From a virus: a stretch of DNA of 64,000 bases. The stretch lies in IMG/VR virus record IMGVR_UViG_3300031788_000005, positions 19,068 through 83,067 of that record. One strand, given 5' to 3'. Numbering within the stretch: the first letter of the stretch is position 1; each line of letters starts with the position of its first letter. Below are positions 54,343-61,516 of the stretch, one piece after another. The notes beneath the pieces were generated by a model that made no database searches, had not been told where the DNA came from, and worked only from the letters and a program-made list of their open reading frames with translations. Made by a program: the position numbers and the translations under genes.

Positions 54343-54421
54343 ATGGTGCAAAACTCCAGATTTCCACTGGAAAGCCACTAATTTTGAGTTAGCGAGGTAT
54401 GGTAGTTCCCGTCAGTTTTGC
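54343..54421 (-). tRNA. tRNA-Leu(CAA) lacking the long variable arm
   Basis: GCTAA-CTCAAAA-TTAGT; GCAAAAC/GTTTTGC-ACCA. Confidence 0.75.
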
Positions 54422-54422
54422 A

Positions 54423-54512
54423 TGGTGTCATTGATAGGACTCGCACCTATACGCTGCTTTGATTTCGCCCAAAGTTCTCAACCTTGGATGTATTCTATTC
54501 CATCACAATGAC
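54423..54512 (-). tRNA. tRNA-Leu(GAG)
   Basis: CAAGG-TTGAGAA-CTTTG; long variable arm. Confidence 0.85.
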
Positions 54513-54516
54513 AAAT

Positions 54517-54627
54517 TGGTGGGAGATGCGAAGCTTTTCACTATCGCAGCAATTCGAATTCAACTGGCCAGTTAACATAAGAATTAGAGTGTTATATTAC
54601 CCCGCGTTTATCTTTCGCCAATCTCCC
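54517..54627 (-). ncRNA. 111-nt enlarged tRNA-like RNA
   Basis: Perfect GGGAGAT/ATCTCCC-ACCA; D arm; no 7-nt anticodon loop; approx. 35-nt variable arm. Confidence 0.55.
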
Positions 54628-54632
54628 GTAAA

Positions 54633-54710
54633 TGGTAGTTCGTGCAGGCTGATGTCCTGCGCCTCTTCGCCTATAAAGCAAACGCTCTTAATCGTGTAAG
54701 CTAACGAACC
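54633..54710 (-). tRNA. tRNA-Ile(TAT)
   Basis: TTTGC-TTTATAG-GCGAA. Confidence 0.8.
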
Positions 54711-54718
54711 ATAAAAAT

Positions 54719-54795
54719 TGGTAGGTATTAAAGGATTCTAACCTATATCTTTCACGTTCGAAGCGTGACACTCTATACATTTGAGATAAATACCC
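54719..54795 (-). tRNA. tRNA-Arg(TCG)
   Basis: TCACG-CTTCGAA-CGTGA. Confidence 0.85.
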
Positions 54796-54813
54796 ATTAA
54801 ATGTTTCTTAAAA

Positions 54814-54891
54814 TGGTGTCCCAAGAAAGAGTCGAACTTTCATAATCCAATTATGCACAAGACGCTTCGCAAGCGTAGCCATTACTGGGAC
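54814..54891 (-). tRNA. D-armless tRNA-Arg(GCG)
   Basis: GTCCCAG/TTGGGAC-ACCA; ACGC-TTGCGAA-GCGT; GAAAG-TTCGACT-CTTTC. Confidence 0.65.
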
Positions 54892-55146
54892 GTAAAATTT
54901 TGAGTTCAATATTTCATTCTCACTAGAGCTAGGGAATCGCACCAATGCCATATTAAACTTGGTAGTCAAGCAGTAGTAGGAAATAATTTTCCAACCGTTT
55001 TGACGACCCTAAAACTCGCTGATTTTTTTCAGAAACCGAGGCTAAACCAGTAAAACCTATCCGACTTCACTGTTTTTCTCTGCACTTACTTCTCCGCTTT
55101 GCCGCCACGTCCCCGTCCGAATACGACAACTAACTCGCGGCAAAAA

Positions 55147-55222
55147 TGGTCAGGTGGCCGAGTGCCGACCTCGGTTAGTCAGTTTCACGAACTGAGAAAT
55201 TAGCCGTTATTATACGCACCTG
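55147..55222 (-). tRNA. tRNA with GTG (His) anticodon on an atypical body
   Basis: TCAGT-TCGTGAA-ACTGA (C33); C1-G72 and A73, no obvious G-1. Confidence 0.55.
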
Positions 55223-55286
55223 TAAAAATGCTAGGATAAATTTCTCTATCCCGCGTCTAACCGTCGAAACGATTAGAGGAGTAAAA

Positions 55287-55371
55287 TGGTGGTAGTTGAG
55301 GAAATTGCATCCCCGTAGGCCGAAGCCAACGCGTTTACAGCGCGTCACAATTGCTACTCTGTCAAACTACC
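55287..55371 (-). tRNA. tRNA-Tyr(GTA)
   Basis: ACGCG-CTGTAAA-CGCGT; GGC-TTCG-GCC variable arm. Confidence 0.9.
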
Positions 55372-55751
55372 AATTTAAATTTTTTATAAAAATCTGACAA
55401 TGTAATAGAAGTATTTGCTTTAATTTCATTTATTGGAATAATATATATCTCATCCAAGTCGGTTAAAACAAACAATATATCAACTTTAGTTTTGTCAATA
55501 TTTTTACACCAATATTTTTTTTTGTTGCCACCCATAGTTCTCATATTAACAACGTAATATCCTTTTTTATTTTTGTGTGCGGTAGTTTTAACCTGTACCT
55601 TTTGTAAATTTACGTTCTCAACTATTAAATCATATTCTTGACTATCTGTTAATGGAATAGATACCGTATATCCTTTAGCACAGTAATGGGCAATTGCTTT
55701 TCCAAGGCCATGGTCGCCTTGTTTTTTCGAGTTTTTACAATTTTCAAACAT
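55362..55751 (-). CDS. PD-(D/E)XK endonuclease (PDDEXK_5-like)
   Basis: QGD.G...AI..Y...GY.VSIPL.DSQEYDLI, KVQVKT. Confidence 0.85.
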   Translation of the reverse strand: MFENCKNSKKQGDHGLGKAIAHYCAKGYTVSIPLTDSQEYDLIVENVNLQKVQVKTTAHKNKKGYYVVNMRTMGGNKKKYWCKNIDKTKVDILFVLTDLDEIYIIPINEIKANTSITLSDFYKKFKLVV

Positions 55752-55854
55752 ACACCTGTATAATACACAGATTATGACGTTTTATCTAAAAAATTTGGTG
55801 GAAGTATCGTTCCCTTTACGCCTGATTCTAACAGGAGGATTTTTCATCCTACGA

Positions 55855-55936
55855 TGGTGGACACATGAGGGTATCGCGCCCTTAATTTTAAACTTGCGTG
55901 CAAAGCAAGTACAGCACCTTTGTTGTCACATGGCCC
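55855..55936 (-). tRNA. tRNA-Ala(TGC)
   Basis: CTTGC-TTTGCAC-GCAAG; G3:U70; A73. Confidence 0.8.
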
Positions 55937-55992
55937 AAAATATTTCATCTGCTAATCAGACCGTTTTTCGGTTCAATCTGCAAACGTTAAAA

Positions 55993-56065
55993 TGGCAAGA
56001 CGTGAACCATCGCAGGCTCGCTAAGTGGTTTGGAATCACTTGTGCTACTCTTACACCAACGTCCT
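55993..56065 (-). tRNA. tRNA-Trp(CCA)
   Basis: AGTG-A-TTCCAAA-C-CACT; G73. Confidence 0.85.
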
Positions 56066-56310
56066 ATAAATTAAATTCAGCTAAGTTGCTAGGGACGAGA
56101 AGTAGTCCCCGAATACTCTCATGTCGAAGTGACTTTTTGAACTTGGGCGTAGAGCTAACGCCTCCAGAACTCGTTATTTACTTAACTGAAATTTTTAGCT
56201 ATTACGGGCAAACCCGATTCAGGTACCAACCCTGACATTTTTATAAGGGGAGTTTTCTCCCCCGACTGGATTCTTTTTAGTTTTTATGATTACTCATGAC
56301 TGAGTAAATT

Positions 56311-56385
56311 TGGAGTGCTCGATGGGTAACGCTCCCACTTAAACAATCTTGGCAAGATTGCGCCTCACTTGTCGGCCCCGAACAC
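56311..56385 (-). tRNA. tRNA-Gly(GCC)
   Basis: CAATC-TTGCCAA-GATTG; U73. Confidence 0.85.
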
Positions 56386-56740
56386 AAAAATTGGGGAGTC
56401 TAATTTCTCTGCTATCACAGTCGTAAATCACTGTATAGAATTGCAGTTTGACCCCGAATTACGAAATTAAAGGAGGCGAGTAAACTCAAACACTCCTGAA
56501 AAAATTAAGAAGGTTGGGGCGAGCTAAACTCAAACCCCAATCCTTCATCTTAGTGCCTATTTTGTCCCGTATTAAGGGCATATTCAGCTACTATTCGTCT
56601 GGCAGCGAGTATTGTCCTCAAAGCCAGCAGTGTGTTAACGCTGTCTCGCGGTCATCGTCCTCCTCAGAAGCTCTATTAGCTACTTTGGGCTGATGCCACT
56701 CAGCGGGATTTTTCTAAGTTTAATCTCAACTTCTAAAGTC

Positions 56741-56769
56741 AATCTAACATATTCATCCAAACTTGTCAA
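56741..56769 (-). promoter_or_regulatory. sigma70-like promoter internal to the array leader
   Basis: TTGACA-17-TAGATT. Confidence 0.65.
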
Positions 56770-56812
56770 CTACTTTCTTCGCCCCGCAACCAGTCTATTT
56801 TACTAGACAAAC

Positions 56813-56877
56813 AAAAAACCCGAAAAACTTTCTTTTTTCGGGCGACCCTACCATCTTATCTTTAATCCCAGTCGCCC
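56813..56877 (-). terminator. attenuator: overlapping antiterminator and intrinsic terminator
   Basis: GGGCGACT/GGTCGCCC shares CCC with CCCGAAAAA/TTTTTCGGG-TTTTTT. Confidence 0.7.
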
Positions 56878-56991
56878 TTACATCTGTCTATCCCCCATGG
56901 CCCATGTATAATTAGTGTGTTGTATTACGGGTGAATTACCTTTAATGGGATATTCACTACGCAAACTAAATTGTTCAGACACTAATTTCAT
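56878..56991 (-). CDS. putative 37-aa leader peptide MKLVSEQFSLRSEYPIKGNSPVIQHTNYTWAMGDRQM
   Basis: Translated by hand; stop codon abuts the antiterminator; lies directly after three tandem promoters. Confidence 0.65.
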   Translation of the reverse strand: MKLVSEQFSLRSEYPIKGNSPVIQHTNYTWAMGDRQM

Positions 56992-57002
56992 CTTTCTAAT
57001 CT

Positions 57003-57205
57003 ATTGTACATTAAAAGAATGTTTTTGTGAAGTTATTTTTAAAACTATTTTTACCGCTTCACCAAACCATCTCTTATCTTTTTCTATCATAGAGCAGATT
57101 TATCATTTTGTCAAATCTTTTTTTTAACTATTTTCAAACCGTCAATTTGACACTATTTCGTCTCTTAACTTACTTAACTATAAAATATACCTCAAAAAAA
57201 GTCAA
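57003..57205 (-). promoter_or_regulatory. three tandem sigma70-like promoters heading the tRNA array
   Basis: TTGACT-17-TATAGT (57205-57177), TTGACA-17-TATGAT (57114-57086), TTCACA-17-TACAAT (57031-57003). Confidence 0.7.
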
Positions 57206-57228
57206 GAGATTTTTAAAACTTTCTTTAT

Positions 57229-57897
57229 TTAAATTTTATTCAATAATATTAATCCATCATCATATATTTCAAGATAATGGCATTCAGCCTCGGTAAAGCA
57301 ACCCGTATTGATATATGGGTTGCCTTCTTCCAAGAAAGCCATGTGGGTATGACTACACACAATATAATCATAACCCTTTGATTTAGAATAGGTTTCGGCA
57401 TTTTTACGGATTTTGTCGCAGCATTGAATGAAACCCTTTGACTGACGTTTTAAAGCACGAGCCAAAGCTTGTTTTTTAGGACTTAAACACTGAATCCAGT
57501 GATAAATAGCCGAAGCAATTTCGGTTGTTATTGGAAATTTAGAAATAAAGGTATCAAATTTATGACCGTGTGTTATATGAAATCTGCTGCCCGAAACTTC
57601 AAAATCAAAATCATTTTTAAATTTAAATCCTAATAATTCAGATATCATTTTAGCCACTTCCCCGTCGTGATTGCCAGCGATATAGATAATATGAGTGTTT
57701 TTACTCATTTTACGGAGTAGTGATAGGATTTCCCAGTCTTTCTTTTTTAGACGCTTTGTATTATTAACATCAATTAAATCACCGTTTATAATGAGCGTTT
57801 CCGTCTTAATTGTCTTAAGAAGATGGATAATTTTGTCGCGCTGACAGACTTCCGAGCCGATATGGAAATCGCTTACAATGGTATATTTTGTGGGCAT
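57229..57897 (-). CDS. LpxH-like (UDP-2,3-diacylglucosamine diphosphatase-like) metallophosphoesterase
   Basis: SDFHIGS, NGDLID, GNHD, HGHKFD, HTH, YINTG. Confidence 0.75.
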   Translation of the reverse strand: MPTKYTIVSDFHIGSEVCQRDKIIHLLKTIKTETLIINGDLIDVNNTKRLKKKDWEILSLLRKMSKNTHIIYIAGNHDGEVAKMISELLGFKFKNDFDFEVSGSRFHITHGHKFDTFISKFPITTEIASAIYHWIQCLSPKKQALARALKRQSKGFIQCCDKIRKNAETYSKSKGYDYIVCSHTHMAFLEEGNPYINTGCFTEAECHYLEIYDDGLILLNKI

Positions 57898-58459
57898 ACC
57901 ACTAATTACACTATTCTGGTTTAGGATTTTTCCTAATTGAGAAATACTCCGGTTGTTTCTTCTTGCTTCGCGGCAAACCCCTCATTTTACGGCATTTGGC
58001 ATGACCTCCATTACAAATTCCTCCGAATTTGCCACAAATAATAAGAGGATTTCCATTCCATTCTCCGCTTTTAATTAAAAGAAAACCTTCTTTATTTGGA
58101 AATGCGGGTAATAATTCAGGGAATTCTTCAAAAGAAAAGAACCTAGTATTATTTGTTAGTCCATCTTTGCCGCACTGAATGAATTGAGTTCTAAATGGTA
58201 TTGGTTCCATATATAACTAATTATGCATAATATTTTAGAAAATGTCAAGATTATTCTTTTGCCAAAATATGAGAAGCTATATTCCTAAGAAGTTGACATT
58301 TGAGACAATTTTTACCATTGGTGCATTTTTCATTATAAATTTGAGAAAGAAATATCCAGTTTTCGTGAGAGTGATTGAGAAAGTACTTCTTCATGGCCAT
58401 CCGTAAATTTTCAGAACAGTCAAAAGTTTTATCAATCCCATCTAATAAGCCGCTATTAT

Positions 58460-59122
58460 TCATTGTTCGCTAAGTACCTTTAAAGCACCCACATAACCAA
58501 ATCTTCCAGTTTTACAAGCGACAGTAGAAACCTTATATTTTTTACCACGAGAATCAACTATGGTGTAAGTATCTTCAGAGTCCCTTCCATCCTTTACACA
58601 TAAATCCCAATTTTGGATTACTCGATTTCTATCTTCTTCCGCTATGAAGTTTTTCCACCCATGACCCAAAATAGAATTTAAGTCTCTTTTAATTAAATTT
58701 AAATAAGCTGGATTAGCCCAAACACATTTACCATCATTATCACTTTCAAAAATTGGAGTTTCCCTATTGTCGAATATCCATTTCTGCCTAGTAGAAATTT
58801 TCTCTGTTAATTCTGTATTTCTGGCTAGTTCCCATTGGATTTTGTTTATTTGGTCTTTTAAAGAAGAACCGTGATTAGGAAGGAACTCTTTGGAAATTGT
58901 GTCAATTTTTTCTAATGAGTCTTCTAGGTATAAGTATTTATTTTTAATGAATTTAGCTATTTTTTTGCTAATACTCCAAATAAAAGCTAAAATTGCTCCA
59001 ATTCCAGTTATTATAAATACCCAATTATATATTTCGGTAGAAGATTCCTTTCCTAAAAGGGAGGGAAATTGATTGTTTACAACATGAGAGAGGACGTTAG
59101 TAGCAATATCGGGTATTATCAT
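58460..59122 (-). CDS. membrane protein with C-terminal PAS domain
   Basis: TM helix, PNHGSSLKD, then IFESD.DGKCVWAN..Y......G.GW..FI..EDR. Confidence 0.8.
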   Translation of the reverse strand: MIIPDIATNVLSHVVNNQFPSLLGKESSTEIYNWVFIITGIGAILAFIWSISKKIAKFIKNKYLYLEDSLEKIDTISKEFLPNHGSSLKDQINKIQWELARNTELTEKISTRQKWIFDNRETPIFESDNDGKCVWANPAYLNLIKRDLNSILGHGWKNFIAEEDRNRVIQNWDLCVKDGRDSEDTYTIVDSRGKKYKVSTVACKTGRFGYVGALKVLSEQ

Positions 59123-59150
59123 CCATGAATATTACACGAAAATATTAATA

Positions 59151-60059
59151 TTAAGAAGATAAAGATATAAAAATAGGTAAACTACTAATACTTATCAATT
59201 CCGCCGCCGTTTTAAGGGCACCAAGAGTAGCAGTAGAGGCATCATCAATAGCGTAACCATTACCTAAATTTGGTGCGATTCTATTATATTTACTTTTTAA
59301 AATTTTGGAAGCCTTATAGACTTCAGAGGATTCACCAGCGGAAAATACGATTTTGATGGTATTAAGACCAGCCACAGCAATACTAGGATTAATCATAGAA
59401 CTAGCCGAAACATCCCAATTAGTGTCTCCAGCGCCAATAGATAACATGTTTAAATCAGATATAGGAACAAAATCTAAGGCTTCCGAAATAACTAATACAT
59501 CTGGGGCATTGTCGCCTATATTACCACCATCCATTAGTACCATGTTGTTATATTGATAAGCCGGAAAATACGTCTGGGCTGCACTACTTGACCGGCACAC
59601 TTCCCATAATTTAATGGGGCTATCATTTCCTATAATAACCCAATCTTTGTTCTCAGAAGACTTCTCATAAGACTTAAAGTAAACCGGCCTATCGGTAGCC
59701 CAATCATAAGAAGTTATTAGTAACTTTGTTTTGCAGTCTGCTAACGTTGCATCCTTTAGTCTGGATTGAAGAGCGGCTTCTAATGACACGGCGGAATACT
59801 TAGCCCCCCAAAGTTCTTCTATATCATTTAGGATGTTTCCTTTAAAAATATTAGGAGCATCTGTTGTAAAAAATGTTTGAATATCCGAAGAAGGTATTCC
59901 TATTGACAAACACGCTCCAATTATGCTACCAATCGAAGTTCCACCGATTATATCAAAAAGAGAGTAGCATGGTTTTTTGGCGATATTCTCTAAATTGGCA
60001 AGGATAATGGTTTCTCCATAGCCCAAAATTCCACCACCTTGAATTGCAAGAGCGTTCAT
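59151..60059 (-). CDS. patatin-like phospholipase
   Basis: GGGILG, GTSIG, SSAAQTYF, DGG. Confidence 0.92.
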   Translation of the reverse strand: MNALAIQGGGILGYGETIILANLENIAKKPCYSLFDIIGGTSIGSIIGACLSIGIPSSDIQTFFTTDAPNIFKGNILNDIEELWGAKYSAVSLEAALQSRLKDATLADCKTKLLITSYDWATDRPVYFKSYEKSSENKDWVIIGNDSPIKLWEVCRSSSAAQTYFPAYQYNNMVLMDGGNIGDNAPDVLVISEALDFVPISDLNMLSIGAGDTNWDVSASSMINPSIAVAGLNTIKIVFSAGESSEVYKASKILKSKYNRIAPNLGNGYAIDDASTATLGALKTAAELISISSLPIFISLSS

Positions 60060-60085
60060 AAATATATGATATATTACACATATTT

Positions 60086-60118
60086 AAAAAAAACCCCGAT
60101 TCAAATTAATGAATCGGG
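60086..60118 (-). terminator. intrinsic terminator
   Basis: CCCGATTCA..TGAATCGGG followed by TTTTTTTT. Confidence 0.8.
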
Positions 60119-60159
60119 TGCCCTTCTCGTGCTCTACCTCTTGTAAGGTCTAGATAAAT

Positions 60160-60612
60160 TTAAGGCTTCTTGAGTGTCGCAAGACCAGAGAGGGTCAAAC
60201 CCTGTTGAATACCGTTTGCGACTGCCCCAGCGACCTGTTGAACTGCAACGAGTTGGGCGGGAGTATTTGTGCTGGTATTAGCAGCAATCAAAGAATCTCC
60301 AAGTTGGATAGCGTTTGCAATCGAATCGGCTATAACAATATTCGTTACTCCGGCAGATTGTAGACCGACCTCAATAGTAGAGATTGTAACTGCATTCGTT
60401 CCGGTAGCTAGCGTCTGCAACGCCTGTTCTGCCCCTACGAAATATACAGCATTTGCTGGTTTACTCTGGATGGCGAGTTCTGTGCCTGTTGAAGCGGCCA
60501 ATGTAATGGCAGCAAGTTCAGTCGCATTATTGGACGATGATGTGGTTGAGCAACCAACGAAAGCAAAAGCTGTCATGGCTACAATAGATACTGATACAAT
60601 TAATTTCTTCAT
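60160..60612 (-). CDS. lipoprotein
   Basis: MKKLIV... signal peptide with FVGC lipobox; start corrected. Confidence 0.75.
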   Translation of the reverse strand: MKKLIVSVSIVAMTAFAFVGCSTTSSSNNATELAAITLAASTGTELAIQSKPANAVYFVGAEQALQTLATGTNAVTISTIEVGLQSAGVTNIVIADSIANAIQLGDSLIAANTSTNTPAQLVAVQQVAGAVANGIQQGLTLSGLATLKKP

Positions 60613-60665
60613 ATAACCTATATTAAACGATACTTCTTTTTTTGTCAAGTGTTTTCGTAAGATAT

Positions 60666-61211
60666 TTAGAATGAAAACAACTTTACTTCAAATTTAATCG
60701 TTGTACTGTTTATATCCGACTTTGTATTAATACTTTGTAAGAATGAAAGATTAGGACGAAAATGATAATTTTTGATTTTAATATCGGCATCAATACCTAA
60801 ACCAAAATCAAGCCCCTGCGAACCATATAGAAAATCCTGCTCGGCTCCTGTTTCAAAAGTAAAGGCGAATTTATTTAAATATTTATTGTCGGCAAAGGGG
60901 AGAATACGATAGTCCGCTAAAGTGGAAATATATGTAATGGGATACCTGTCGCTATAATCTCGATTTCCTAATAAAAGAGTAGTTCCAATTGTTTGGGACG
61001 CAAAATAAGAAATCTCACCTTCATATCCATAAGTAGAACCTTTAATACCTTTAGAAAATAGAGAACCAGATGAAATAGTAGGTGCAACAGCAAGAGTAAA
61101 ATCTCCAGCTTTATACATACTATTTGTGTTTAGTGTTAAAACAGAACTTTGCCCCAACACCCCAAACGACGTTAAAAACAAAACCAACAAAATAACAATA
61201 AGATTTTTCAT
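60666..61211 (-). CDS. outer-membrane beta-barrel-like protein
   Basis: Signal peptide, alternating amphipathic beta strands, C-terminal Phe. Confidence 0.6.
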   Translation of the reverse strand: MKNLIVILLVLFLTSFGVLGQSSVLTLNTNSMYKAGDFTLAVAPTISSGSLFSKGIKGSTYGYEGEISYFASQTIGTTLLLGNRDYSDRYPITYISTLADYRILPFADNKYLNKFAFTFETGAEQDFLYGSQGLDFGLGIDADIKIKNYHFRPNLSFLQSINTKSDINSTTIKFEVKLFSF

Positions 61212-61456
61212 TATTTTTTTGATGTGGCAATGGCGTGTCCAAAATAATAGGAAACTACGGAAATCGTAATATTACTAAAAGTTTCACTTGGAACAACTTT
61301 AATAAATTCAAGAGCGCATAAGGTAACTACAAGCAAAATCGTAATAATACCCCTTAAAGAAACTCCCTTGATTTGTGACCCTTCGTTCGTGGGTTGCGAT
61401 GCAACCGTCAAAGTCTCTGTTTTTATTTCGGGTGAAGGTGAAGCGTTATCTGTCAT
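61211..61456 (-). CDS. two-TM holin-like protein
   Basis: SLRGIITILLVV..., second TM ending YYFG, basic tail. Confidence 0.55.
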   Translation of the reverse strand: MTDNASPSPEIKTETLTVASQPTNEGSQIKGVSLRGIITILLVVTLCALEFIKVVPSETFSNITISVVSYYFGHAIATSKK

Positions 61457-61516
61457 ATAATGTATTATACACTCATTTAAACTAAAATATCTCTTAATGT
61501 TTGTGTAATATATGAT

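Noticed and set aside
41605-56235. ORF-track calls across tRNA genes (42565, 42674, 43478, 43758, 49658, 50105, 50724, 50785, 53144, 54257, 54484, 55774) and the N-terminal extension of the HNH ORF to 46669
   Set aside because: They are read-throughs of tRNA or ncRNA sequence with no protein-like features.
59151-60059. CBASS CapV effector
   Set aside because: No CD-NTase or ancillary cap genes nearby; the context is late envelope genes.
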